The notes under the pieces are model-generated. The model was not told the DNA's origin. It ran no database searches and was given only the letters and a program-made list of their open reading frames with translations. This document shows, in pieces, positions 41,190 to 55,902 of a DNA stretch of 64,000 nt. Each line of letters starts with the position of its first letter. The first letter of the stretch is position 1. Position numbers and translations under genes: made by a program. Source of the stretch: Chrysomallon squamiferum (taxonomy: Eukaryota > Animalia > Mollusca); NCBI GenBank assembly GCA_012295275.1, contig CM022677.1:23312001-23376000 (forward strand). Reading direction: 5' to 3'.

Positions 41190-41527
41190 CAGGTACCGAA
41201 CCCATTATCCGGCGTCCTGAAATCCTGAAAGACCAGAAAAATGGAAGGTTTTTTTTTCCGACGCCATTTTCATAGTTCGTGCGCGCGGGTGTTGTCCTCA
41301 CCAGACCGGAACTACTCTTTCAAGCCGCGTTGGCGTTCATTCACTCGCGGCATTGTTTACGTGTCGAGTCGCCACAATTGTGTTTCGTCAATTTTTTATG
41401 TTTTTGATTTTAAAATGTTTATGTAATTATTTACGTATTTAGATGCCTTACTACCAGAAAACCTGAAAATCCAGAAATCCGGAATGCCTCAGGCCCGAAG
41501 GAGACCGGATAATTGATCCGAAACCTG
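41190..41527. mobile_element. MITE (Tc1/mariner/pogo type)
   Basis: TA|caggtaccgaacccattatccgg ... ccggataattgatccgaaacctg|TA: imperfect 23-bp TIRs, TA TSD, CpG-rich interior. Confidence 0.8.
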
Positions 41528-42219
41528 TACAACGCTCCATAAGAAAGCAACTCTGGCATAAAACGAAGACTGGCTAAAATACTGTCTGAAGCAGCGTGAT
41601 TTCCAGGGCTTTTATTGTCGTATCCGCTCAGTTATTATTGTTCCTGACATTTCCCTTTATCATTACCATCATTTATTATAAAATAGCATACTGCCATGGA
41701 AATTGCAAAGTAAGCTTTGTGGAATCATATTTTGTTTCAATTTCGGTATTTTATACTGTTAAATAATTTAAAGAAATTTCAAAAAATAAAAATAAAACAA
41801 AATAAAAGAAAGAAGGAAAATATTTTAAAATATTTTTGTTAAAAAAAAAAAAAAGAAAAAGAAAAAGAAAAAAGAAAAGAAAGAAAGAAAAAACTTTAAA
41901 AAGATACGGGAATAACATTTCACTTTCAGTTGAAGGACGATTCATTTCTACAATATAAAAAAAAAAAAAAAAAAAGAAATAATAATAATAATACAAAATT
42001 CTCGCTTTTATAAACTAACCTGAACAGTGATTTAATAAATGAAAACGTATTCTTTAGATCTGGCATAACATTATTTATTCTGGCAACATTAACTTAGATT
42101 TCTTCTCTGAAATAAATATGTATATGTAGGGATATACATTTAATGTTTATAAAGAAAAAAAAAAAAAAAAAAAAAAAAAAGAAGTTTTTAACTAACAGAT
42201 ATTAAGCAAGTTTTTGCTT

Positions 42220-42258
42220 CAAAAAGTTATCTGCAAATTGATGGTATAATGTAAAATG

Positions 42259-42308
<50 letters not shown>

Positions 42309-44115
42309 CATAAAAAACAATAAAACACTGATTATTAAAAAGAAGTCATTCACGTTTAAACCTTTTATATTATTATTACTACTTTTTTTTTTTTTTTTTT
42401 TTTTTTTTATATTTCTGAACGAATTATGAAAAACTGAATCCGCATTTTGGCCCTTGCCATTCAGCCACTGACTGCAGACGATATGAAATCGTTAAGTGAT
42501 TTGGTAAAATGTCACACATATAACCCACCCCGAAAAACAAAATCACCCAGAAACAAAACAAATACGTTAATAAATATGTCAAACAGCACAGTTTATACTA
42601 ATAGTTATGAATTAATCTGATTTACGTAAATTTTCATTATTTCTTATTATTAACACATCAAATTTGATTTATACGATAATAAAATTTCTTTTAATTTTTT
42701 TTTTTTTTTTTTTTTTTTAACCTCCTACGCCCCCGAACCCTATTAATTTGTAAAAAGAAAAATAATTTTAAATGAATGCTTTCAGTCATAAAAATAATAC
42801 TTTAAAAACTTACAAAAATAGTTGCTGAAATGATATATTTCTAGCATTAAGTACCTTAATCAAAAATTCTTTGATATTAAACGTTATTTAAATGTTGATA
42901 TTTGCAACCATTTTACGGCCATCACTTAAGTTCTGTTATAATTACAAACAATAATGAACAAGCGCAGTGTGTAGCAAAAGTTCTGAATTCTCTAATTTAC
43001 CTTTTCAGTTCATTTAAATAGATGATATATTCCCCAAAATATTAAAACAAATACAGTTTAGACGATTTTACCTCATTGATTATCATGGATTTTTTGTTTT
43101 TGTTTTACTGGTCTGATGAATTTGAATATTATTTACCACATATAAAAAAAAAAACAAACAAAAAAAAAAAACCCATCAAAAACAAATAACAAAGATAATT
43201 TACTGGTAATCTTGATACATTTTTAAAGGTAATAATTATTTTTAAATTAATAATTAAATGATAATGTTGAAAATTAATCCTTAAGTGCACATTGTTGCAT
43301 ACTGATCAATTCTTTTCATTGTAGTAAACCTTTATCATTTTAATTATATCACCACTACTAATTAATTTCTTCTAATCTGTTAGAAATCTTTTCTTTAGCT
43401 CAGTACTCAATGGAATATAAAAAGTGATTTTTTATTAGTTGATGGCCTATGGACTAAATGGTACATAGTGTTAGAAAAGTGTAATGTTACATGTGGTAAT
43501 GGTATTCTAAGAACTGTCTACCAAAGGAGATGATACCCTGGATTCTGTGGATCACTTGAGAACAGATTCTTTGTTCTTTATTTTGTTTATGATTAGTAGT
43601 TTCAGTCATGTTTATATCAGTAGTACTTGATGCAGAGAATAATAAAATTTAAGATATTTTGCCAATAAAAATGATCACATAATTAATCAGGAGGTTGGAG
43701 TTCCTGGATCATATATATGAAACACCATGTTCAGGGACTTGTCAGGATGGTTTACATTTGGTTGTGAAAAAAGGCTGTATAATACACCCTCAAATGGAAA
43801 AATAGACTTTAATGGCAGCATACTACATTTTATTGAGGAGTCATATGGACCTGTGTTTAGAAGTAAGAGAATAAAGTTAATACTTTTATAATTAATACTT
43901 TTAATACTTTTTAAATAATTTTTATTAACAGTACTTATTTATACTATATGCTTGTTTTGTGTTATTTCAGTAATTACACATACACACCCACTCATTCCCT
44001 CTTTTCTCTATATTTAAAACACATCCATTTAAGAAAACAATGTTATTTTATATTATAAGAGTCAGCATGGTGAAGTAAGGATTTCTGTCTATGAGAAAAT
44101 GTGTAGCTCTGATTA
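42220..44115 (+). pseudogene. Decayed partial duplicate of the 5' part of the TSP1-array gene (homologous to ~51840-56120)
   Basis: Collinear intronic similarity; TSP1 remnant VDGLWTKW..CNVTCGNGILRTVYQRR* (from 43439) and frameshifted GGWSSWI exon (~43691-43862). Confidence 0.85.
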
Positions 44116-46083
44116 AGTCTAGGCTAAAATGATATTGAAGCCAGCTAAGTATATATCATATGACTCTGCCTCCAACTTGGTTAATAAATCATCAAAGTTA
44201 TTTATGCACATCACTTTTTAGCATAATGCTAGTTACTGATGTGTACTGGAGACCTTCAGCATAAAATCTGCGAAGATTTTGAGCAATTTATTTATTTCTG
44301 ATCCCATAAAAATTAAAATGTTATGGTCACATGACTTCACTTTCTGAACTGCTATGATCTAAAAGCAGCCTTCTCATTTGTGATTCTTGTTCTATAGTAA
44401 TTACATTTTTGTTGGATATTTTCGGTAGTTGTGGCAATACCTTGGAAATAAACTGGATATAATGACAGAATGCACATGTTTAGGTAGTGTCATTGGAGAA
44501 AATTAAGCTTGTTATGTTTGAAACTTGGTTCAAAACAAGTAATAACATACACAATAACAAATGATAAGATAGATCACTCAGTACAAAGTTCTTTATTCAG
44601 TCTCTGTTTTGCTTTTTCATATCCAAACTTAAATTCAAACAGGTTCTCAGCAACACTTCTTAAATCTTATCCAAGAGAAAATCAATATATGCACTACTTG
44701 CATTCATATCACCAAACTTGCAATTTTTGTAAGTACTATTACACCTGTAATATTCATCTAGTTTTTGACTACATGCACTTAATCTCACTATAAAGTGCTT
44801 TCAGCCCTGCTTACAGAATTAAGAATACTCATCAAGTCATTTGTATTATTATATAGATTTAACTAACATTAAGACTCTTCAACTTGTTAAAAGAAAACAG
44901 ATGAACACCTAAAAATAAACATTTCAGATTTTCTAATTTATCCCTTGTAAATGTACTTCATTATCTAGATCTTTTCATTTTGATTAATAGTATGTTAGTA
45001 GTAGTTTCAAAGATCTTAAATGTTTTTAAATTTTATTTGGTGCAAATGAATGGTTTTACTAACTTGGGCTTCACATGTCAGTGTAAATACATACTTTTTG
45101 AAAAAAGTAGACTGCATATTTGAAACATATTATAACACATTATGAAGTAGGCTTTATCACAGACAATATCATTTCAAGTTGTCACAAACAAACCTTTCAT
45201 GACCCATCATACACGTTTCAACCTCTGTGGCACACAAGTTTTTAACAGAAACTTTCATCCATGCTTCAGCTTTTCCTTAGAATATATGAGTTCTTGGTGA
45301 TTGGAGCAAAGCTGTGAGTGAAATAAATAAGATCTTCTTTTCTGGATAGGTTTCTTTCCTATTTGAAATTTGAAATTCAATAAATTTAGCTGCTTTCGAT
45401 GTTGTGCCTTATTATACTCACAAGAAGTTTTAATGCCAGAACATCTCTCTATTTTCATCACTTTCATCAAATGGATGCACATTTCCAGTTTTTCTGACAA
45501 AACTTCACTTTTGTTCTTATTTCAGTCCTAATATACACTTCTGCTTTTTTCTGTGACAGCATTTATTTTTTTCCTGAATAGGTTGTTTTTGACTTCAAAT
45601 TCCTTTATAATCCTATGGGTCTTACAATATCACCAGCCATGACAGGATTGTACTAAATCTAAGTCATGTATCCCTGCCACATTATAGATCACTTAGTGTA
45701 CATTAAAGCATTAGAATGGCTAAAATGGTCATTTTATGATCAAGAATGTCCCCCTTTAAGTGTATTTTTCTACTAAATTAGTTTTAATAAGATGTAAGTA
45801 GTATCTTGCAGTTTAAATCTGACACATCATTTTATGGTCAAGTGGAGCAAAAAGTTGAATTCAAGGTCAAAAGGTTACCAGAATTTAGCTTGCACGTTTC
45901 ATGAGATTTGGAATTCTTTTCAAGTTAGCTTTTCAATGAACCAAATTCATCAAAACTGACTCATTGCTATTCGATATCAAATATCAAATTTTTGGGGGAC
46001 AAATATACGTATCAAATTTTAGCAAAATCAAAGGTATTGAGGTTAATCCTTTGACACTGAATGACCCATAATCTGTCAAATAG

Positions 46084-46423
46084 ATCTTTTTAGATTTATG
46101 TAAATATTATTTATTTATATATTATCAAATAGATATAAAATTTAGAATTTAAATTTTAAATATATAAAAGAACTATATTAATATAACAAGGTGAGACAGT
46201 CTGTAGACAATGTATGCAAATGTCACTGAGTAAAGAAAAGGGTACAGCAGAATATTATTTATTTATATATTATCATAATAATACCCACAAATTATAAAAT
46301 TTATTAGAATATTAAATTTTAATATATATAAAAGAACTATATAATACTAGTAATATAACAAGGTGAGACAGTCTGCAGACAATGTAAGCAAATGTCACTG
46401 AGTAAAGAAAAGGGTACAGCAGA
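46084..46423. repeat. ~170-bp direct tandem duplication
   Basis: aatattatttatttatatattatca...taatataacaaggtgagacagtctg...gggtacagcagaa occurs twice. Confidence 0.9.
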
Positions 46424-47760
46424 ACAATGTAGTAGGCTAGGTGGGGTGAAGTTTGTCAGGTTAGGATGGTTATGGATGCACAATTTTCTATCATCTTGAT
46501 GGAAAGCTTGTTCAGAGGGGTTTGCTGTGGTCACATGGTAGGACTAAGAATAACAATGGTACCTAGAGGTAAGGTTTCAAGTGGGAAATATGGATAAGTT
46601 CACATTTTGTTATTTTTTCCCTCCTCAAATTGTGAAGATGCTAGGTACATGAAACTGGTTTAATAATATAATAAAAAAATAAAAAATAAAAAATAAAATA
46701 TAATAAAATAATAATAAAAAAATAAATGAATAAAAAAATAAAAAAATAAAAAATAAAAATTAATAATAATAAAAATAAACAAATATGTAAATAAAAATAA
46801 AAAATAAAAAAATAAATAAATAAGCTAAACAAAAACAATACAATTTTGAGTATTAAATTTTATTTCACTTTTTGCATCCACCATCTCTAGATTTTCTTAC
46901 TTCTTTGTCACACTTTGTTATAAAATTTGGTGTAGTTTTAGATTTCAGAATCTTACTTTACAGGCTTTGAGGTATGAAATAAATAAATAAATCTGTCTGG
47001 CAAATTTATTTAAAGTTATACTGCATATTTATTTAGCAAATGATGGACCAAAACCATTTTGAAAATGAGCCTTGTGATATTTAAATTCAAAGGCCAGTAT
47101 TTATTAATATTAAAATAATCCATAATATACTTTTATCAGTTACTGGGTATCATGTATTAACTATTATTATATGTATTATTTTGTTTCAAAATAACAATAA
47201 ACAAACCACCAAATTTTACAGATTCAAATAGAACTAATAATACATAGTTGATAGTTAATTTACTTATCAAATCATTCTTAAATCATACAAATGCATTTTT
47301 TTTAACTCGAATTCAGTACCAGTATCATAACCGTTTGACATTAAGAAGGTTTTCAACACCTGTTACCATCAGAAAATCAACTGAAAAGAAGAATTAAAAG
47401 TCAAACATCAACATTCACACACAGCAGTCTCCCGAAAAGACATTTTCTGCCATGAACGTCTTTACTATTTTGTTCCAAGATATGGTCATACATTTCTAAC
47501 ATTCCATTATACCAGTATTTGCTAGACAAGAGGAGGATGACCCCAATTCTCATTGTAAAAAAGATCTTGCAACAAAACACCATAAATATGTGCTGTCTGA
47601 AAGAAAAAATAGAACTTTGAGAATGAATCAGCTTTATTTCACCATTAGCCATATCCAAAACATGTTTAATAATTTGTCTTTTACATTTCAATAAGAAAAT
47701 CAAAATCATTTCTGTTTTAAATGTTACTATTAGTTTTTAAGATATCACCATTTAGACTCT

Positions 47761-47791
<31 letters not shown>

Positions 47792-48243
47792 CTATCCATG
47801 TAATATTTAATTATGTACAATCTATAACTTTTCCAAATGATGTTTACAGTCTACTGACATGGAGGTTTTCATTTGGAGTTTTTAGTGTGGGACTACAAGA
47901 GGTATCTGCCTTGAGACAACTTGTTTATTCTAAGGAATAATTTAAATGTTAACATGCCATTGTTCTAGAATTTTGTAAGAATATTAGGCAGTTAGTTGGC
48001 TGTACCTTCACTCAAACCATTTAACAATCACTAATGGCTACATTTGCTCACTATCAAACATATTTAAAATGTAATTAGTCATAAATGTATATAATAATAA
48101 ATCCAGGAAACCAATAAAGTTAGCCATTTCTGTTAATACCCTTGTCTATGTTTGTCTTTTAGTGAACAGTTTTACTGAACTGTATTTATTGCAGATGATT
48201 AACAATAAAACTAGATCACTGCAAACTGTTTTCCAGAGTTTTG

Positions 48244-48281
<38 letters not shown>

Positions 48282-49989
48282 CCAAAATAATTTTTAGATG
48301 ATTTTTATTTTTCCATTGATCTCCTGTCAGCATATACAAGAATAAAATAATGCATTGGCTTGAGAAGAATTGATCTACATGGTACATGATTATTTATTAT
48401 TTAATTATTATTTCTCTATGAGATGTAATATAATTTAATAATACATTCAAATACTTAATTATCTAAAGTGTTTAATGATCCACTTTTTGGAACTTTGAAA
48501 CTAAACATTTTACTGATTCCAAATCTGTTCTCAGCAGTATCTACTTTTGAGTTTTCAGCTACCCAGCTACCAGTCATTTATGCCAATTTTATTAGTCATT
48601 TATGCCAATTTTATTAGTATTATATATATATATATATTTTTTGTTTCTCTTTTGTTTTTATTAGGTATATTTTTTCGGTATTTTTAAATTATCACTAGAT
48701 TAAAAGGAATTCCACACCAAATGAATAGTAATTGTGTTTTTCTTAAAGCATTAAATAACATTAACAACAGATTTAGCATCAAACAGTCTCCCAGCTTTTT
48801 TCTGGCATTAGAAATGTGAGTTTGAGGTCATATGAAAACATAATTATCGGATAAGGCAATGTAAAAATGTAATTTTGTTCTTTTTCAAATTATTTTTTAG
48901 AATAGTTTAGTGCTCAGACTACCATTTCATGACTTAAGTTATAACCTTTCAGAATAATATGTACCAACATTGTATTTAAAAATACAGTAGCCTCATTCCA
49001 ATCACACACCCACATCCACACACACTCAGCCCTACACACACACATTCAATGTACAAAAGCCCACTCATTAACATTAATTGGTGCAAAACAACATTCAGAA
49101 AATTTCTAATTGCACTTTATTTTACTGACTGGTTTTATAAAAAGATATGTTCATTAGTAGAAACCTTCCTTAAAGAGCACCAATTATGAAACATTTAACT
49201 ACAGCATGTACACTTGTTTCACATTTATAATTTATAAAACCTTCAAAATATTGGATAATTTTTAATAAAGTCTTTTCGCAATAAACCATAGCAATTTTTT
49301 TGCCCTCATTGAAAGATTAAAATGTAACACAATAAGTCATGATCATGGAGACAGGCACCAAATCTAGAAGTAATATGAGGTAAATAACGGTAACTAAAAT
49401 GTAATGTTACACAAATACAATTTATCTAATAATGGTAGACCTTAAATAGTACAGCAAACAGTAACAAAATGCATGATCTAAACTAGAAAATTAACAACAA
49501 ATGACAGATGATCATAAAAATTAGAAATTACTGAAATGAAAAAGTAATTCTATTTCTAGTGATCGAAGTTGCTTTTAACATCTAGAAAAAATCTTTGAAA
49601 CATAAATTGAGGGCTATCGTTTTTAAATTATAGTTATGCAGAAACAAGACAACCAAATATATTAAATATAATAATAATAAATTGTAATAATTTTGTTCTG
49701 GTAAAAATGAAATATTTTAATATATGTGATTTCTTTGTTTACCAGCTTTCAAAAAGAAAAGTAAATATAAAAGACTAGTATAATACATCTATAAAATCAC
49801 TAAATAAATGAAAAAAAAGAATGAAATAAAATATAAATAAAATAAAATAAAAAGTATATATAACCACAAAATAATAATAATAATAATAGTAATAACAACA
49901 TCAAAAAATACAAAAATTCATAATACAATAATAGTATGTAAATGAATAAATGTGATGTGGTGTGTGCATAGATGCAAATTTGCTGTTTT

Positions 49990-50450
49990 ACACACACACA
50001 CAAACAAAATATTACATATGTATGTAACACAAATATATAATTTGACACATAATTAATACAGAACATTCTTTATATTTACCACATTCTTCATCAACATTAC
50101 AACACAAGAAAGCTCCTTGTAGATTAAAACACTGCTGATCTTCTTGGCAGTTATGTGTTCCAATCAAACATTCATCAATGTCTGAAAACATCAAATTAAC
50201 TTTTTTTTGAATGTTTGCTAAAAACAGTACCCACTAGAATTACCAATAAGTAAATCAAGATTTTTACTTAAAGAGAAATAATTATCTTTCTAAGTCTAGA
50301 TTTATAAATAATTGGATAAATAAAAATGTGAGCATTCTACAATTCAAGATTTACAAATATTTAGATAAGTAAGAATGAAACTAGCCTTTTTCTACTACAC
50401 TTTAATGTTGAAACAGATCTCTCTAAATGAAATTCAAACTTTATTAAAAT
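49990..50450 (-). pseudogene. Inverted duplicate of EGF exon 2 plus flanking introns (exon 50080-50181)
   Basis: Reverse complement matches ~30076-30540; encodes [34 protein letters not shown] with intact cag|...|gtaaat. Confidence 0.85.
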
Positions 50451-51062
50451 GTAATAGGGTTGTTGATTATTATTATTATTATTATTATTTTGTTTTAAAT
50501 ACTTTTTATATAGTTATCTTTACTATTCAAAAACAAATTTAAAAAGTTTTTAATATTTTTCTCTGTATTATGTGAATATACAAGGATGTAACAATAATCC
50601 ACTTTTCATGCATCCTTTTCGTTTTTATGATATTTAAATATAAAAAAATAAATTATATATATGTATATTTGTATGTGCATATATTTATATTTATTTTATT
50701 AAGGTAAAAATAAAACGGAAGAAGGATTTTTGAAAATAAAAATAGGAAACTTATTGCTTGCATACATAATAGTACATGTTTTAGTAGTTAAATGCTTTTA
50801 GTTTTAAAGAAAGAGAGTGAAAAATTAATTTCTAATTAAATTTTTTATACGGCCGGTTGACGGACTTTAACATTTTTTTTTTTCAATTTTCTGTTGTAAA
50901 ACTAGTATCAAGCATCATAATGAATGTATCAAGGCATTCATCCAAATAACGTGATCTATCTGCTTTTTACATGTAGATACCACCTCTAATGCATTGAAAA
51001 TGGAAATAAATATCTCAGAACTGTCGCCTATGGAGTTTAGCTGAGTAACGTATCCATATTAA

Positions 51063-51881
51063 GGTACTTAATGAGAATCGTCATCTTCGTATTCACGCGC
51101 AGTGTCTCTGAAAATTATTTATTTTATTTTATTTTATTTTATTATGACTAGTTTTTGGCTGCCGACGTCGTAATAATGTCTGAAAAAAGAAATGTAGTAC
51201 GAAACGGATACGAGATAGTATGACGTCAAAGTTATAAAAAAAAAAAAAAAAAAAAAAAAAGGTTTCGACCTTTGCAACAATTTCTTCTCCATAATAGATA
51301 TCTGTGTATACGAGACATTGATTAAATGGCATATTTCCCAAAATTACTTTAATAATGCATGTAGAATTTGTTGCATTATGAAGGAATACGCGTTTAAAAG
51401 TTTGTAAACACTGATCGGCGTTCGACGCTGTCATTTTGGATTTAGATCGGAAGTTTCCGTGAGCTCACGGAATTTTTTAACCTTCTAAATTCAATTATTT
51501 TCTGAACTTTTTATGATATTTACTGATAAAGAAAGAATGATTGTTCATATTCGTAACTACTTTTTCATCTTAATCAAAATTTTCAAAGTGGATTATTTTT
51601 GTGCAGATGCGTGCATAATAAACTAAAATTATAATTCGGTATAACATTAAAGTATTAACTTTTCTAATGGAAATATTTACCGTGACAGAACCCAACAGAA
51701 AGAACATTCAGGCGTAGTTTGCACCCATTAAATTCTGCATGCATTTTTTTCCGGTGACGTAATTTGTTCCCTTATGAGTTATCGTTCCTAGTGGTCCATG
51801 CTACTTATAATATGCAATTTTTTTGCTTCAAAATCATTAACATGGAGTTATCTGCGATTTGACGGTATGATGTAAAATGCG

Positions 51882-51912
<31 letters not shown>

Positions 51913-52355
51913 TAAATAATTAAGACATTTTATTTATTATTATTACTTTTTTAATTTCAGAACGAATTGTGAAAATCTTAATCCGCATTTTGGGCCTTAC
52001 CATTCAACCACTGACAACAGACGACACTGAAATCATTAACTGGCTTGGTAAAATGTAATAGAAAAAAACAAACAAACAAAACAAATAAAAACATTAAAAA
52101 GTATTTTAAACAAAAAATGTGTTTCTTAACTGTTAAGGATTAACCGGATTCAGGTAAATTTTAACTGTTTCAATTCTTAAATAATACATTTGATTTATAC
52201 GATGCTTGAGCAAAATACAAACACACACAAAACATAGCACCGCCCCCAAACCTCATTAATTTGAAAGAATCGGTCAACAGGAAAAATTATTTAAACTGAA
52301 CTCTACCTTTAAAAAAAGAAGACATTGGAATGATGTATCTCTAGCATTAAGTACC
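51063..52355. mobile_element. Putative non-autonomous TTAA-type (Kolobok-like) DNA transposon
   Basis: ttaa|ggtacttaatg ... cattaagtacc|ttta (ttaa in the 42.85-kb duplicate); 11-bp perfect TIR, CpG-rich interior. Confidence 0.4.
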
Positions 52356-52610
52356 TTTATTAAAAACTCTTGATTAAACGTACTTTTAAATGTTATTTGC
52401 GACCATTTTACGGCCATCATTTAAGAAGTTCTATTATAAATTTCAAATAAAAATAAGCGTGCACATTTTGTAGTAACAGATCTGAGTTCTTTTAAAGAGA
52501 TTACATATAAAAAACAAAAACAAAAAAACATTACATCAAATACAATGGATTACCTCATTCAGTTATCACATTCTTTTCTAAATTTTATTTATTTCTTAAT
52601 TAATTAATTA

Positions 52611-52664
<54 letters not shown>

Positions 52665-53872
52665 TACAGAAAAATTATTGTTTTAATTTGGTCTAGATAT
52701 CGCTGCTTTGGATTTATTGACAGATATTTAAATATTAAGGATTATGCTGTAAATTATGGATAGTACCTGTTTCGAGGGGATAGAGGACAGATTATCACAT
52801 CTACTTTGTTGCAGGTGCTTTTGGTACCCTTAGTTGGAACAACAGAAATACGGCTGTCTTATCAAAAGCAGTATTACGTAGAAATTGTATAAAAAAGATC
52901 ACGTACTGGTAAAGATCGTGTATTTGTCAAATTTTAAAGCAGATTAGTTTACTTAAACTAATAATATCAGTAAGAATAACTATTTGTACATATTTAATAT
53001 TTACATTTATATTAATCATAATATTCACAGAAAAAGAAAAGAAAACAGTAACAACAATAATAAATAATTTCCAGAGAAATGAAATATAAATATTGTAATG
53101 TTGATATTTCATCATTCCATTATTTTGCAGACAAAGAAACCATATGAGCTTTGTTACTATAATATGTTTTCTTATCTGTAGATTCCACATCTTTAAAGGT
53201 AATTTATGAATTCTTTTTACAGCTACTATTACATTTCATAATCTATCAAATAAATAATTAAATTCTAAAAAATAAAACAATAATAAATAAAAAAAGAAAA
53301 GATCTAATAATAATAATTTTTACCATAATTGATAATATCAAAAAATTGGCTCTTTAAACCATAATGAACTTGCTTTTAAATATATATATAAAAATAAAGA
53401 AAACAAAGTCTTTGTACTATTTGACAAAAGCATGGCATTAAAACACAGACTTCCCAGTTGAAGACACTGATGTCACAGTGACTGAATCAATAACATTGAC
53501 TTGAGAATAGAAGCCGATGTCACAATCACTGAATTTAAAATATTGTTTAAGTTTTCATTAGTTATTTAAATCTCAAAGCAGCAGCAATAACAACAGGAAG
53601 AACTGGAACAATGAAAGTAATAGTAACACTGTATTTTATGTTATATTAATACATATTTAAGATAATAATAATTTAAAAATTAATAATTAAATAATATTGA
53701 CAACTAATCCTTAAATGGACATAATATTGCTTTTAGGTTGGTTGATTGTGATAAACTTTTATTATTTTAATTATACCACCACTAGTACTAGTAATTACTG
53801 TCTTGTAATCGATTAGAAATATTTTCTTTGGCTTTATACTTATTTGAATATAATAAGTGATTTTTTTATTAG

Positions 53873-54046
53873 TTGATTGCTCATGGACTGAATGGGTGCA
53901 AGAATCAGAAACATGCAGTGTTACCTGTGGTAATGGCATTCAGAGAACTATCTACAGAAGAGGATGCTCCAGTCCTGGGTCAGAAGACTGTCAAGGAAAT
54001 GAAACAAAAACAGTAACCTCTGCATGTGTTTACAGTAACTGTTCAA
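53873..54046 (+). CDS. TSP1 exon A
   Basis: ttag|VDCSWTEW..TCSVTCGNG...CS|gtaatt, 174 nt. Confidence 0.85.
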
Positions 54047-54175
54047 GTAATTAAATTTGTTCTTATGTTTGTTCTTCCTCTTTAGTCATATATTTTTTTG
54101 TTCAGTCAAGAAAGAGAGGAAAAGAGAGAGAGAGAAAAGACAGAACAAAACAACTATATCAATATATGTCTATTT

Positions 54176-54222
<47 letters not shown>

Positions 54223-55381
54223 AACACAGTGTATATCCATTTGGATATTCTACAATTGTATATGTCTGTGTATTTTATACTGGCACATTTTATGACTGAA
54301 CGTTGTAGTTCCTGGAAGAAGGAGTGTGTGGTTTAACTTTAGAGAAGACTTATGTGATTCAACTTGTGTCAGAGCAAGTATTTGTTACCTCCTCTCTGTG
54401 ATTATTTTCAGGTGTAATTTCATTATTCTGTCTGTGATATTTACTGTAAATTTACTGTATATTAAAAATGACTAAATCCCACTGCAAACAGAGATTCACA
54501 AAATTTAAAACTGTAGTTAGTGGAGAAGTAATTGGGTAATACATTTTTCTGGATACATGATCATTACTCCAATCTTGTAAGTAGGGATATATATTTTTTA
54601 TGTGAAGGTGAAAACATTCATCCCTAAATTCATTTATCATTGGTAACTCTCTATGGTACTGCTGTAGGTCTATGCATTCCCTCTCTTGTCTGAACCTGAA
54701 GTAAGTCCAATGATGGACACCAATGATTATGATGAGAAAGATTAACTTTTGAAGCACTCAAGCTTGTAATGATCTTAAGTATTTTCACCTTCTCAAGCAA
54801 TATGATAAACAATGCCTTGATACAGTTATAAAGAGTATGTACTAGCAGTGTTAAACTGGTAGAAAAAGATTAATCATTACTCACGGTAGTTTCAGAATAT
54901 GCATATTTCAGAGCTTACTTGTGGAAATTTACAGTTTCTTTGAAATTGTCCTATAAATTTCATAGTTGTGATCATTACCTTCAGTACCAGTCTACCTGAA
55001 GTTCCTAAATGGATAACAAAATATGCAAACTCTTTGTGCCTTCATCATGTTAATATTGTCTACTTAAGTACAGCTGGACATAATCTTTCAGAACCAAAAG
55101 TGGAACAGTTCAGTGGTTTCCTATCATTAAGTTCACAAAACACAACGATTTATAGGACATGAGATCAAATTACTTTTAAATTAAGGAAATGCTATGTCTA
55201 TTGCACGATCAGAATAAGTTATCTGATAGTCATAATTCCACAGCGTGAGTAAAAAAAAATCTTGTTGAAAACTATCATGATGTCTTTATCCTAACAGCAT
55301 CTGAAAGCAAGTTATCTGTGTAACTTTAAAGTTCTGGCATACTTGTTATGTGATCAGTGCTAGGTAACATTGATGAATATA

Positions 55382-55520
55382 TACGGCGGTATTTCGACTT
55401 ACAAGTGTCCGAACTTAGGTGTTTTCCGAGTTACAAGCAGTCGCCCGGTCGAATTTTTGCTTTGAGTTCAGAGACAAAATATGAGGTAAAAGCGAGCTTC
55501 AGATACGCAGCCGCTAGTTG
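55382..55520 (+). mobile_element. Possible pogo/Tigger-like terminal fragment
   Basis: tacggcggtatttcgacttacaagtgtccgaactta...ttccgagttacaag resembles pogo-type MITE ends; no partner TIR found. Confidence 0.35.
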
Positions 55521-55731
55521 GCAAAATATGAATCAATGATGTTCTGCTAGATCCTTTTTCTTATTCTGTGATTCATCATTCTTTATAGCTTAATAGTTGC
55601 TATACCTTTCAGTAGTTGCAGATACAGAGGTGAGAATACTTATAATTTAATTAAGATATTATGATGTTGTTTGAAGATATCAGTAACAAAAATTATCATA
55701 ATTAACTACTGTGTTACTTTTAATCAATTAG

Positions 55732-55902
55732 ATGGAGGTTGGAGTTCCTGGACCAGAGATGAAAAAACATGTTCAGTGACATGTGGGCCTGGTACACGTA
55801 TTGTTGTAAAAACAAGGCAGTGTAATAACACAGGAGGAAGAGATTGTGAAGGCAGTACAATACAAAATATTACAGAGTCATGTGAGACAGTTGCATGTCC
55901 TA
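55732..55902 (+). CDS. TSP1 exon B1
   Basis: ttag|GGWSSW..CSVTCGPG...ACP|gtaaga, 171 nt. Confidence 0.8.

Noticed and set aside
52815-53198. Possible exons 52815-52908 and 53182-53198 of the TSP1 gene
   Set aside because: Good splice sites, but joining them creates TGA or a phase conflict; could not be placed in a consistent model
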